A stretch of DNA of 42,174 bases from Octopus bimaculoides (lineage: Eukaryota). The stretch is taken from contig NC_068981.1 in NCBI RefSeq assembly GCF_001194135.2, forward strand, positions 117,030,035 to 117,072,208, read 5' to 3'. Of this stretch, positions 1-12,780 are shown piece after piece. A program made the translations under genes and the position numbers. Position 1 is the first letter of the stretch, and each line of letters begins with the position of its first letter. Below the pieces are notes generated by a model. It did no database searches. It was given only the letters and a program-made list of their open reading frames with translations, and was not told the origin of the DNA.

Positions 1-58
<58 letters not shown>
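1..58. repeat. (ATT)n/(TAA)n microsatellite abutting the 3' end of an RLE LINE
   Basis: Pure TATTAT array directly after the minus-strand LINE 3' UTR. Confidence 0.95.
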
Positions 59-370
59 GTTCAGTAGTTTTATTTTTATAACGTGCTTTCACTTCATTAC
101 CGAGCGCAGCTCTGTGCGCCTTGGGTATGTGCTGTGGTTTGCTGTGGTGCTCTTATGTTTACTGTATTGAAAGTGTTTTGCGTAGAATGTGTGCAGTACC
201 CAGTAGTGCAATTTTCTGTATGTTATATATATTTGTAAGTCCTGGTATTTTTGTTATGTATTTGTCTGAATATTTTTTTATTATACCTAAGGCACCTACT
301 ATGATAGGAATTGTTTCTGTTTTTAGATTCCACATTCGAGTTATCTCTATTTCCAGGTCTTTGTATTTTG
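59..370 (-). mobile_element. 5'-truncated R4/Dong-type non-LTR retrotransposon (C-terminal restriction-like endonuclease region plus 3' UTR)
   Basis: Minus frame KYKDLEIEITRMWNLKTETIPIIVGALGII...IQKIALLGTAHILRKTLSIQ* matches the conserved end of RLE-type ORFs. A ~100 nt 3' UTR follows, then (TAA)n. Confidence 0.85.
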
Positions 371-1159
371 TGTGTGTATACGAATCCAGAGTAGGATCAG
401 CAGGAAAATTGGACCGTCGAACGAGATCTTTCACCGTATGTTTACCCACCCTTTAGATGTAATTGCTAGTTTTCCCTACACACCTTGCCCACGTCTGCGC
501 AATTAGCTGCAAACAAATGTTCGTCCTTGACTGACGGATATCCTTTAGATAAACACGCACACATATAACAAAGTGTACAGTTTTTGCTTTGCTAAAAACA
601 GAAAGGAAGTGGTTAATTAAAAGTATGAAACAAAGAAAGATGGCCTGGAAGTATCATTTAATTTTAACTGTATATACAATGGTTCTATTAATCCATAACA
701 TTATAGTTTGCAATGTACCGCATTCAACACAAGGGAAGAAAGGATAAGATCGTATTAATGAAGAACGCAGTTTTTAGAAGAGGTGGCTTAGTGATAGAAA
801 GATAGAAATCCACAATATCAAACTAACTAAACATACCATTTGGTTAGTCATTGATATATCTAGATCATTATATTACTAAGAAACAAATATGCCGCAGAGG
901 GTGATGTACAACTTTACTAGTCCTATGAATAAGTGGGTAAAGTATATCATTACAGTTTATACTTACTTCTATTATGATGCGGTTGGTTAATTTACATTGA
1001 ATGGTTTTTAAATGTGAAATCAAATTTACATAGAGTTAAGGTTTCTACTGTAATAATCTAATTTAAGAGCAGCATCAATCCTTTGCTTAGATCGATTTGG
1101 TCATACGTGTTAAAATATGAATTTAAATTGGTGATAGTTTTGGATAAGTGACTTTAAGG

Positions 1160-1508
1160 CAGTGGTTTTCAACCGGGGTCCATATTACACCTGAGGGTCC
1201 ATGCACGACTTTTTGAAGTCCACGCAACAAATTAGTAAATTGGAGCCCCACTATAGTATTTTAAAGGTCCCTGGCAAGATTTTCCAAAGATGTATGTATT
1301 GGTATTTATTGCCAGAAGCAACTAAATTTCTTTCTCTCGTATTTTACTTAGTTCAACCTACACAAGTTAATGTATGAGAAACAAAATAGGAATTTTGAAA
1401 ATAGCTTCTATAAAGTTATTTTTTAAACATCTAATGACTATAGAGATGCGCCAGCATTCAGAACTAATCAAAGGGGTTCATAGATGAAAAAATGGTTGAG
1501 AAACCCTG
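1160..1508. mobile_element. hAT (Charlie-like) MITE, 349 bp
   Basis: TIRs CAGTGGTTTTCAACC / GGTTGAGAAACCCTG. 8-bp TSD CTTTAAGG (1152-1159) / CTTTAAGC (1509-1516). No coding capacity. Confidence 0.9.
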
Positions 1509-1761
1509 CTTTAAGCTATAAAGATTTTCGGTTTAATCATAAGCAGTGTGTATTTAGTTTCAATTAGTGTAGATACCTAGGTTTCAATTGAAATGACTAG
1601 AACATGTTAAATTTCCAGAATATGACATTTTTATGAAATTAAATTGATCCATTTTTCATCTAATCCATTTGTCTCTTTGGAAATGGTCTCGCTATATCTT
1701 CAAACCGTATTTGTTATCGCTGTTGGCATCTTTCAATTTGTTATCAAACAAATACCTGCCA

Positions 1762-1882
1762 TCATAGTGTTACAAATCTTTCTGGCTCCTGAATTAAACT
1801 GTTCAGGTAATATGTCTTCTTTGTTCAAAAGCGGCAGTGTTAATGTTAAACCAAAACACAAACTTGAAGGTATTTTTTTTCA

Positions 1883-1920
<38 letters not shown>

Positions 1921-1963
1921 GAGAGACAGAGAGAGAGAGAGAGGGAAAGAGAGGTAGAGAAAG

Positions 1964-2004
<41 letters not shown>

Positions 2005-2738
2005 TGTGTTTATGTATCTGTGTGCGTGAGCGTGCGTGTATGGCTCAACCAGATGTGCCTTCTTAATGAATTTCACTTATACTAAGTTAAAAGAAAAAGA
2101 AAATGTACAAGGTGATTTATCATGGTCGGCAGTCCAGAACGAACGCCCAAATTCGCTATATACAAACTCACACACGCACACACGCAAATACGCACACACA
2201 CACACATTTACGCACAAATTATCATTCACATATATACGTATATTCATTGGCATAACATTCACATCGACACATATAAGTACACAATAGACATACGTTCAAA
2301 TGTGTACTCATTCACTCACACGCAAACATACACGTTGACTTATTTTCCCTCTCTCTTTCTCGCGCGCTCTCTCTTTATCTCTCCCAACATATACTAATAA
2401 ATTCATACTTTATATTTTACTCTTTCTCTTCTCCCCACTCCTCCTTTCCCTACCTCTCTCTATACATTTTCTCTTTCTACTCAAAATATCCTTTTATTCT
2501 TAACCTTTATACTTATATATTATTCGGAACAACATTAAAACAACATTCGACATCTTCAAACCAAAGCATTCGACGAGGTGGCTCGATCTCTTAGAAATAA
2601 ATATGAAATTTTTCTTGTACCCCATACTTCTTTCCTTAAAGAAAGAGAATAACACAAAGGGTGATGTGGTCTTAGATTCAGAGGACTGATTTCGATTGGA
2701 ATCTGTTCGCTTAGATCTTGTCTGAAGCCAACCATCAG
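1762..2738 (-). other. Candidate two-exon coding fragment (2738-2628 and 1788-1762) of an unidentified gene
   Basis: 111-nt open exon LMVGFRQDLSEQIPIEISPLNLRPHHPLCYSLSLRKE with ttgcag acceptor and GTATGG donor. It is phase-compatible with tttaattcag|EPERFVTL*. No homology recognised. Confidence 0.2.
1886..2005. repeat. Compound (TA)n-(GA)n-(GATA)n microsatellite
   Basis: Direct reading. Confidence 0.95.
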
Positions 2739-3099
2739 CTGCAATTACTATAAAAAATGCAGAACAGGGAGCTTCTATATGTGGTCTGTTAGATATAGCA
2801 GCATTTTCCATGTGTACGTGACTTAAAACAGAAATGTACAAAGAAGATAATTATGAATTATATACGCGTAAAAAGACAGGATGGTCACAGCTGAATTTCC
2901 TTTGATCATTTCTTTAACTGATTAAAACCTAGGTTTGAATTAAACAAGAACAACCACATCTGCAAAGGGAAAAATAAGTGTTCGAGCTGAAACAACGAAT
3001 AGAGTAAAGTACAAAATCAAAACATCTGTTGCAGAGTTATGTAAAAGTAAAAAGAAAACAAATGAGAAGCCAAAGAATATTGATTTTTAAAGTAGGCAC

Positions 3100-3240
3100 A
3101 TGGTTGGGGTAGTATTTAATTCATTAGCACTCGAAGGACAAAACGTTAAACTGACCTCCGTGGTATTTGAATTTGGAAACGTAATGGGAAGTAACTGAAC
3201 ACCGCGGGATATGTTGTTTGTTACTCAATCAATTTGGTCA
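3100..3240 (-). mobile_element. Highly decayed octopus OR-type tRNA-derived SINE
   Basis: Loose match (cgaaggacaaaacgttaaactgacctccgtggtatttgaatt) to the better copies at 19502-20467. Confidence 0.5.
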
Positions 3241-3855
3241 ATCTTTAGATTTTAAAATTATTTTATATACTGGTTGTGAGGACAATGAAAGAAGATCTTT
3301 GCAAACGTTTCTGAGATAAATGCTAGTCAGTTTCCTTTTAATAACGTTTGCATTGAAAGAAGAACTCAAGTCAACACATTTTGGAAGATTAGTATAAGGG
3401 TTGAAATGGACCATAACACTGAGATGTAGAATATATTTTATTAACACCAAGGGGTGAAAAACAATAACAGCGCCAGTGGGTTATGAACTCAGAAAAAATA
3501 GAATTAAATAATGCTTTTGCTTCGCACTCAACAGTAAAAAATAGCAAACGGAAGAGTCTCAACATGGTTGCTTGACTTACTGAAAGTAATAGTCAAATCC
3601 TCTAAAAATACAATGAACTGTCAAGCACATGTATAATATCGTCTTAGATACACTTCAAACAAATTGGTGGTCATGGTTAGAATATTTTCACCCAGCGGTT
3701 TCTCCGATCAACGCTGACCTGGAGTTCATCAATATAATCAACAAACATCGAATCTTTGTTCGCAGGACTTGCGCATTAAAACATAACTAAATATAAAATA
3801 GTGAAAGGTAGCTAGTCCATCACTGTACCATTTCTGATATTTAACAACCCTATAT

Positions 3856-3857
<2 letters not shown>

Positions 3858-3913
<56 letters not shown>
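3858..3913. repeat. (GTA)n microsatellite
   Basis: Direct reading. Confidence 0.95.
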
Positions 3914-3914
<1 letters not shown>

Positions 3915-4544
3915 AACGAAATATACAAGCTCACTAAATAAATTAAAACAAGGAACTGAAGGAATATTTATGAAAATAACAGCATTTGGAATAGTATGTA
4001 TGTATGTGATTATGTATGTATGTGATAGCCATTTAACAGTCATATTTAAACAGGAGCGTAATTGAAAAATGCACAAAGACAGAATAACATGGATTCGTGC
4101 TGGTATATATTGAAAGCAAGAAACTTATCGGAAGAAATATGGTATCAGATTTCAGATGGAAGTTTGAAACAAAGTTCTTAAGGAACAGTGTGAAATAAAA
4201 ACACTGGCAAGAAAGAAAAACCGTCGTACGATATTGTTCTTCTTTAGTGATAATTGTTTTTATGCAACTAGAAAATGTTAGACATATATACTAAATCAGT
4301 CTGTCATGATTGTAACCACTCTATTGGTTTACAGCGGTGCGAAGGAACAGGCAAAAATTGTGTGAGGAAAGTAAAAACTTCCGTGTAATAATGGTCTTGT
4401 ATAGCTACAATGTAGGACAAAGAAATGTTTAATATATTTACCTAACCAGATTCGTGAACTGAAAAAAAGAACATCTAACACTGACTCAAAGACCGTATAA
4501 AAAAACGAAAAATAGTTTTTTCTTTCTATTTCTCTTTTTTTTTT

Positions 4545-4800
4545 TTTTACTGTCTCGAGTTTTGGGACTCATACGGCCGGTTACTCAGTTTCCATGGCAA
4601 TAAGTGACTGAGATCACAACATTCCTACTCAAAGAGACAGAAGTCCGCCATGGGGCTACTCACTTACAGGTGAGGGGGCTGGAAAAATGCATAATGAAGC
4701 GTTTTGAGCAAGAACACAATACCTACCCAGTCCAAGAATCGAAACCACGACCATGCGATCATAAGTACAACACTCTAAGCACTAAGCCACGCACCTTCAC
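4545..4800 (-). mobile_element. tRNA-derived SINE (third family)
   Basis: Minus strand begins GTGAAGGTGCGTGGCTTAGTGCTTAG (A box), then GGTTTCGATTC (B box), then a TGTGTTCTTGCTCAA core-like motif. Confidence 0.7.
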
Positions 4801-4861
4801 TCGGAGGAAAGAATTAGCTAGATGAAAGGCAAAAATGACAACCATCGTGCATTTATATAAG

Positions 4862-5060
4862 AGCATTCGGTGAGCAAGTAGTGTAGTATATAATGTATTT
4901 CAAATACGAGTATAGACAGATATGATCAATGACGTCGAGGTCAATTTGGTATCTTATTCTTCGAGGTGATGTTCAATAGAATAAGTACCATCCATGTACT
5001 GGAATCGATATAAACGACTGTTCTCTCCTCCCAAATTTTTGGTTTGATGATAGGTAAGAA
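4862..5060 (+). mobile_element. Decayed OR-type SINE
   Basis: gaggtcaatttggtatcttattcttcgaggtgatg...aataagtacc...tactggaatcgat...cccaaatttt follows the order of the SINE central domain and tail. Confidence 0.6.
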
Positions 5061-5469
5061 ATCAATATATCTTCAAACTGTCTCAGTTGAACGAGAAAAA
5101 AATAACTGGAGCGAATTATCCATAAAGAAATTAGAACAGTGAAAAATGTTGTCAACCATAAAAACTGGGCACAGACAAAACAAAAGACTTATCAAAATCC
5201 AGCAGTTCAGTCAGTACTTAGTTAAATTACTGTAGCAACGCCAGTCATGGAAAATAACAAGTGAGTGATTTGGAGATTTAGAGTATTATTAAGTCGTCTT
5301 ATTTTTCTGTTCAACTGGAAAATCACTATTTTTGAAAAGGTTGTATGTTTTAATTGCAAATATATATCTCATTAGTTTACTTTTTTCTTTGAAGACCAAG
5401 GAGTCTCACAGTTTTCTTAGTCTTCTGAGTTGTGACAGTCTCGAAGACTCTCATTTACTATGCACTGTA

Positions 5470-5571
<102 letters not shown>

Positions 5572-5789
5572 TGAGTGTATTAAATATTTTTTAAAGCCAA
5601 AACAATGCAAGTAATTAAAATTAATGATACAGGGCGATAGTTAGTAGTACCACCTGATATTTCAATATTTCAAGCTTGGGGCCTCTTGTTTAGGAAATTT
5701 AGAGAGAAAAGGTGTTGAAAGTTGGTATCGTTGCTCTGTAGTGTGTGTGTGTGTGTGTGTGAAGGGTTGTTTTGTGTTGCTATAGTATC

Positions 5790-6370
5790 TAACCAGCATT
5801 TGCAATTTCAATCTGTTATTAATTGATAATTAAAAGAGCTTGGATGTCATGAGTCGGCATATCTGTAGGAGTTTTTGGACGGAAGAAGTATTTGCATAGA
5901 AAGGTTCTTTAGCTCGTATGTGATCTTCTCTGATGGAACTTCCAATTAAGAATTCTTTACATTTATTACACGTGATTTTATACAATGCATAGAACCGCAG
6001 ACACTTTCACCTATATTCGGGCAGAAGGGCAATGTACATAAGGTGTTGTTATATCTTGGCTTGTTTTTAGTTAGGTCGCTCCTCAGAGAAGGCTCGGAGT
6101 ATGTCAGTCATATATTCAATCTCTCCTTACGGATCACACGATGAATTGCAGTTGTTTTTTCTTCCCTTAAAATGTAGCAGTTTCAGAAAACACATGCTAT
6201 CCTTGGACGTGTGGGTTCTGTTACGTGTTCTGGTGATGTCCCGGCGTTTAATAAAAGTGTATGAATAATCATACTCCAACAATATTTTTCGGAATTCTAT
6301 AGAGCTGGTAATTTTGCTTCCTGCCTCGTTTCTGTCTAATATCCTCAAGCCGTTATTTCAAATATTTCCA
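5790..6370 (-). mobile_element. Decayed Penelope-like retroelement (RT thumb/linker plus GIY-YIG endonuclease)
   Basis: Minus frames give FRKILLEYDYSYTFIK, FLKL...IHRVIRKERLNI, CTLPFCP...C and YKITCNKCKEFLIGSSIREDHIRAKE (GIY-YIG motif), with frameshifts and stops. Confidence 0.85.
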
Positions 6371-8610
6371 GGACATGCTGAAAGCATCACCAAAGTCAAC
6401 AACAAACTCAGAGATCTCAGCCCATGCGTACTTAGAAAAAAATAATCCTTTTAACATGGGTGTTTTTTCTCAGTAACCCTCCGCCCCAGCAATCCCAACT
6501 AACAGCTTACTAAATATGGTGAGTAATCATTGGAAAGCAATATAGCGTTGGCCAATACGTAAAGAATAAAACAGCTATAAATAAAATATAATAAACATTA
6601 TAATTTTCCTATATAAATTCTATTGCACATATTGATGCTAATAACTGTAAAACTAACGTAGACTGTAAGTCAACTTTAGAAGCAGAATAAATATAATGAA
6701 AACTTGCTACTTTATCAAAATTTTAAGACAGTCTTGAAAATACTTATGGTAATAAATTCTACTGAATATTGTGAAAGATTTTATGAGAGTAAGGCACATC
6801 AGTTAAAATCCAAACAAAGGATCGCATCTGCTGTATATTCGAGATATGTTAGTTTTCCAATGTTAGTTTTCAGAAGGAAAGCAGAAAAAGTACTCCGTTG
6901 AGGACTGTCCATGAAATTTCAATCCAGAAATATTTAAATTGAGAAATGAGAGTGTATTCTAATACATCTCAGAATCATTAGAATTCATTTTCTACAATAT
7001 TTTGCAAACATTAGGTCGAAATACTTACGAGTAAGAATCCAAAGAAAGATCTATTATAACTTTCAGAAGCAAACCTTAGATCGAAGTGAAGCTGGTATTT
7101 TTAACGACAGAGAATCAAATATATTTTACATTTAGCATTGTTATACCTTTAAATTACAGTATGATAAGACAGAATTTGTAAAAATTGATAATTATTCAGC
7201 TTTTGATTATAGATGTCAAGGCAATAAAAAATTACAAAATGTTCATTTGTTAGTTAGAGCACTAGATTCAATTACTCTAATGAAATACTGGCTCCCGCTA
7301 ACAAACTATCATTCTGTAGAATGATGAGCATTTATCTGTGGGATAACTTTTAAAATAATCAAACCTATTGCGCCACATGTTGGAGCGTGTTTATTACTAT
7401 AATCTCAAGTTACTCAAGGACTTGCGTGTCAAATTTAGGAGTTAAAAGTTATATGGAAGGCTATCCAAATGCTTGTTCACCTGGAAAAGTTAGTTGACAT
7501 TACCTGTTTTAACATCAAATGACACTTGGATACTTTTAACGCAATCCAGTCTGTTGCAAGCTTTCGAATGATATCTCCTGTATGAAGATAATTCCGTCCG
7601 TCTTCATTCTTTCATTCTCTAAGATTCTGAAAAATTTCAGGAATACTGCTCATTTCTTGATTGTCATCAAAATATTGTTCTTGTTTAGATATAGTATACA
7701 GTTGCTTTGCTATGTTTATTTTAATGAATTTGAATGAATTCCTCACAAAATTAACAATACATATTGAAAAATACTGTATTGGATTTCTGTTCTAAAAAGA
7801 ATTTCAAACTTGACACGGTGTGTATAAATTAGTGTTCATGACGCGTCTATGCAAAGGCATCTCATCCGGTTTTCTGAGTTTAACATCACATCCAGGAAAC
7901 TAACCAATTTTATGGATATGTATGTTTAGAAATAACACCGTGGATACACATTAATTAATAGAAGGGTAAGTTTTGATGTAGTCTCCTTAGAAGGTGGATC
8001 ATCGAGAGTGTCCTTGATACATTCTGGAAAGGAACAACAACCTGACAAGAAATATCCAATAGGAATTTTCTACGATGTTCTCAAACTCCATGCTGTCGTT
8101 GTCTTTGGTTTTTACCAAGAATAACAACATTGCTTCCGCATGATTCAATAGTGCTATATTTAAATATCATTTAGTATTTTATTGGACTATCATTTTGCTT
8201 ATAAAAATATATTTTTTACTTTTTGATAATTTTTCTCTTTTTTATATTTATGTTTCACGTTAATTTGTACTTCCTTTATTACTCATAATGCTGTCCATTT
8301 CTCACCGCATCATTCACAAATCAATTGAATGGGAATGTCCATTACTGATATTCTACACACGTTATGCATATGTTTTGTTTCTTTCTGTTGTTTGTTTTAT
8401 TTTACATTTGTTTATGTCCTCTAATAATTTAGTGGTTCTGCTCCTTATAGCTAAGTTACACCTATTCTTATATATTTTTGTCTGTACTGAAAATCATGTC
8501 ATATGTATTGGTATCGGAAAGTAGCTCCCACTTAAAACATGAAAATCACTCGTACACTTGTCAAAACACTGGGTATATTAATATTTATACAAAACAATAT
8601 CATAGCACCA

Positions 8611-8682
8611 CCTCAGCCAATTTTAATAAAAGGTTTCGGATACGAGAGTTAGTGAAAACCAGTCCCGGATCTCATCAGAAGG
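8611..8682 (-). ncRNA. Degenerate type I hammerhead ribozyme motif at the PLE 3' end
   Basis: CCUU-CUGAUGA-GAUCCGGG...CUCGUAUC-C-GAAAC-C...GGCU-GAGG. Stem I CCUU/GAGG and stem II are imperfect, and U16.1 appears mutated to C. Confidence 0.5.
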
Positions 8683-8935
8683 AATAGGTTGGAAAAGTAT
8701 GGCGCTGACTTTATGCCACTGAAGATTAGAAAGTTTCACATCCGGTTTGCTAAGGTAAAAAAAAAAAAAACCGAACGAAAATTCGTCGGAATAAACCTGA
8801 AATGGAAACTTGTTTAGAGTTGCCCCATTTGGATAGGAATCTGACATACCATTTCAATGTATGAAATAAAAGCCAGTAGAGTGAGGTTGGGGTTGGAATG
8901 CAAGCGAGATGGGGTTGATGTGTGTTGCAGATGTT

Positions 8936-9008
8936 GGATGTGTACGTATATGTGTGGATGTGTGAATGTGTACGTATATGTGGATGTGTACGTATATGTG
9001 GATGTGTG
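8936..9008. repeat. ~18-bp tandem repeat (GGATGTGTACGTATATGT) inside the PLE
   Basis: 3-4 imperfect units. Confidence 0.8.
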
Positions 9009-10503
9009 TAATTGTATGTAACAAACCGGTGTCAAAACCTAATGAGTAATACCGATCGTTTATATTCATGTTGCGGTCCATCAGTCTGCAAGAACATATC
9101 TGCGCTCCCGAGAGTAGGGTCTGAAAATATCACTTTATAATTTATGTTGGTGTTCGGGTGAAAAGAGACGTTAATATAACACTTTTCTCCGCGAGGAAAA
9201 CATGCACCGCCTACAACTATAGGCATATGGTTTTCAATTTTCCAGTTACTCGCCATTTGATGCTTTCTTCAACGACCTTATGTGTCTTGCTAAGGCTCTG
9301 AAATGTCGCCTCTACTGGATATTAAAGGCAGATTTGTGGTTGTTAAAACTGGTCACTAATGCCCTTCTATCACTTCCACATATTTCCGCACATATGCGTG
9401 CCTGCTTGGATACTTCCACCTCGAAAACAACAGTCTCTGTGTTACATGGGCCATTTAGTGGACATGCAGTGTTGCCTCTGCAGGAACAACCTGCTTGTGT
9501 TTCAGGTATGGACCTACATACAAATATTTTCTGTATACGAAAGGCTCAAATAAAAAAATCTGTCTTGTTTATTAAATATTTTTCTATAGCAACGCCATTG
9601 AGAAATATATTTATAGACTAAACTAACAACAATTCTCACCACACAAAATTTTTGGTTCAAAAAGAAGGAGGGGGTGTGAACTACAAAATTTCCGATGGTG
9701 GGTTTAGAGTCGGAAGTGTAATTAATCTTATACTTAAGTACACTAGCAGCCCCTGCTTCGTTGTAGCATGGGGCCGCAGTGTTGAAAATCTCTTTCCTCG
9801 AAGAAAAGCTGGATTTTCTTCTGCTGACCTATTTAACAAGATTCCTAGACTATATAACTACATGACAAGAAGCTGTATCAATATATATCGACATCTCATT
9901 CGGTTTCCTAAAGTGTTCATATGCAACAGTGTCTAAGTTTAAGATCAGATCCAAGTAACTAACCGATTTTAACTTGGTTTCGATGATCACTTTCAATGCA
10001 AGAGTATTCAGAGCTTGGGTTTGGTTTTTCCTAAGCCTGTCGAGTGTGATGTCGTTTGCCAAAATACCGTCTCCGTAGAGGTCAAAAGTAGTTGAGGGAG
10101 GACTATTTGTTAAATAATTCTAGGATGCAACAATAACCAACGAGGTCACACACATCAGCATTCTGAAATTTCCCCATCGCTATATTGAAAAGGGCCTCCG
10201 AGTCAGTTCGCTTAGACCGAGACTTATACTATGTTTCTTTTTTTAGGTTGGTTGAGCTCTGAGTTGATATCCTACCGAGGTTGTGTTTGCTATTCAAACT
10301 TTTGTGACCATAGATAATGTATGCCCGTCGAGGATGGTATAGAGATAGAAATATCAAACAGATCCGATTTTCTGCAATATCAATTCCAGTCCTGCAAGTT
10401 CTGATTTCAACTGCCGTATCCTAGAAATGGGAAAATAAATCCGAGTCTTTCATGACCCGGCAAAGACGGAGATTAGTCATTAACCCCATGCCTAAATATT
10501 AGC

Positions 10504-10504
<1 letters not shown>

Positions 10505-10576
<72 letters not shown>
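10505..10576. repeat. (TG)n microsatellite
   Basis: Direct reading. Confidence 0.95.
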
Positions 10577-10579
<3 letters not shown>

Positions 10580-10996
10580 ACGTGTATGTACATGTGCTGT
10601 GTATGATATGTGTAATATGTCCGTCAACGCTGCTGATTCGACTAGATGTTCCTTTTCTGTGTGTTCTCTCTCTGTGCATGTGAAGATTGTGTACAGTTGC
10701 ATTTGTATCTGGTTTTTTTTTTTCCTTTGTGTAGAGATATTTTATGTGCATGCTCAAATACCAAACACCGGCAGGTGTATAAATTTTCACGACACGTCAT
10801 GAGTCAGAAAAGACCATAATTAACGAAAAAAATTAAAAGACTTGAAACAGTAAATGAAACAAGTAGTAAATAAAAAAAATATCATCTCTATGACACTGCA
10901 GAAAAATAGCGTGTTCGAATTATTTTTTACACACGTTCAATATACACATAGCTTGTATGCACATACACGTGCGCGCGTGTATGTGTGTATATTCAC

Positions 10997-11045
<49 letters not shown>

Positions 11046-11398
11046 CACACAGACACACATTTATTGATACATACGAAAACATGCACGTGAGTGTGTTGGA
11101 TGTTTCAGTATGTCTATGCATAACCAAACCCTTGTACTTATTAGCATTACTGCGTGGGTGTATGTGTATATGTATTTCCTTAGACACAGTCGAGTTTGTG
11201 TATGTATGTATGCTCGTCTATGCGTGTATGTGCGTGTGGGCACGCGCGCGTTTTTATGTGTATGTGTGTAAGTGTATGTTGTATGTGCGTGTATTTGTGT
11301 AGATGCGTGTAACTACTGAAGCGAAATTCTTTAAAGTTTCACAACAAAAAGAAAATAGGAAAATGTGAAAATTATCCAAAACATATCTTAAAAAGAAT

Positions 11399-11438
<40 letters not shown>

Positions 11439-11513
11439 TTCTATATATACGTGTGTGTGCGTTTGTGTGTATGTGTGCGTGCGTGTGTGTGTGTATAAAT
11501 ATATATATATATA

Positions 11514-11718
11514 NNNNNNNNNNNNNNNNNNNNNNNNNNNNNNNNNNNNNNNNNNNNNNNNNNNNNNNNNNNNNNNNNNNNNNNNNNNNNNNNNNNNNNN
11601 NNNNNNNNNNNNNNNNNNNNNNNNNNNNNNNNNNNNNNNNNNNNNNNNNNNNNNNNNNNNNNNNNNNNNNNNNNNNNNNNNNNNNNNNNNNNNNNNNNNN
11701 NNNNNNNNNNNNNNNNNN
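11514..11718. other. Assembly gap
   Basis: N run flanked by (TA)n. Confidence 1.
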
Positions 11719-11783
11719 ATATATATATATATATATATATGTACATATATGTGTATATATGTATATGTATATGTATGTATGTA

Positions 11784-11816
<33 letters not shown>

Positions 11817-12442
11817 AAAGGGAAATTCTGGCAACTTTCAAGTAAAGCAAACTTGGAAATTTGGCACTTACAATGTAGTGAGTATTGATTTGTTTATGAA
11901 TCGAATATTTTGCGTATATATTTTTGTGGTGCTTATATATTTCTTTTAAATTATTTTCGCGGATATTTTACATGAAATATATTTTTTTTAATTTAAGCTA
12001 CTTTTTCGGAAAAAATATTTCTACATAAAGCTTCTGCTTTCATTTTCCACGCTTTCAACATTAATTACGCGTCAGAGAGAAATGATAGATACACGACGGT
12101 AAGAAGTGAAAATTAAGAAAATAGATATAGTTGACAACTGCTTTTTTCTCCTGATATGTGTTGATGTAGATGTGTGTATGATATTGTACGTACATGTATA
12201 GAGTAAGAGAGAGAGAGAGAGCGAAGAAGAAAGAAACAGACAGACAGACAGACAGACAGACACAGACAGAGACGCAGAGGGAGAGGGAGTAGGGAGAGGA
12301 GGAAAAGAGCAAAAGTAGATACGGGACCTGACTCTTTATTTGATATTGATTCATATAGATTTGTTGACAGTTTTATAGCTCAACATAACCCTTATATATA
12401 CATACACGCAATTTCACACACACAAGTACATAAAGGTGTATG

Positions 12443-12494
<52 letters not shown>

Positions 12495-12611
12495 TGAGCG
12501 CGCGTGCGTTTGCACGTATGTATGTACGCACTGCCGAATTCAGATTTCTGAAGAAAACAAAATATGTTCCAATCAACTTTAATGAAATAGACTAGAAATA
12601 TTGTTTTCAAA

Positions 12612-12780
12612 TATTGGTACAAGGTCATCAATTTCGGTGGAAGGGCTAAGTCGATACATCGACCCCAGTGTTCAAATGGTACTTATTTTATCGACTCTGG
12701 AAGAAGCCTACCTCGGCGGAATTTCCACTCAGAACGTAACGAAATATTGCTTTTGCCCGGCGTGCTAAATTTATCGCGAT
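12612..12780 (-). mobile_element. OR-type tRNA-derived SINE
   Basis: aagtcgatacatcgaccccagtgttcaaatggtacttattttatcgac...cctcggcggaattt...gcccggcgtgctaa. The 3' end is at AATATT. Confidence 0.85.

Larger units (their letters stand above)
8600..10470 (-). mobile_element. Decayed Penelope-like retroelement (RT plus GIY-YIG plus 3' pseudo-LTR remnant)
   Basis: FNIAMGKFQNADVCDLVG (cf. FDVTMGSYDGAEVCELVG), LYGDG (YRDD), LKVIIETKLKSVSYLDLILNL...FRKPNEMSIYI and SRKEIFNTAAPCYNEA. A GAT-NKF GIY-YIG-like remnant lies near 8800. Many stops and frameshifts. Confidence 0.85.

Noticed and set aside
2628-2747. SPFVLFSFFK resembling the BMP prodomain QPFMVAFFK motif
   Set aside because: No downstream cysteine-knot ligand exon in the window and the similarity is too short.
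4740-4800. tRNA-like A/B boxes as a tRNA gene
   Set aside because: No full cloverleaf. It is the head of a SINE, like the other tRNA-like heads in the window.
7500-8130. Protein-like short frames and a perfect GTAAGT donor at ~7967
   Set aside because: All acceptor/donor combinations tried contain in-frame stops and no homology is recognised.
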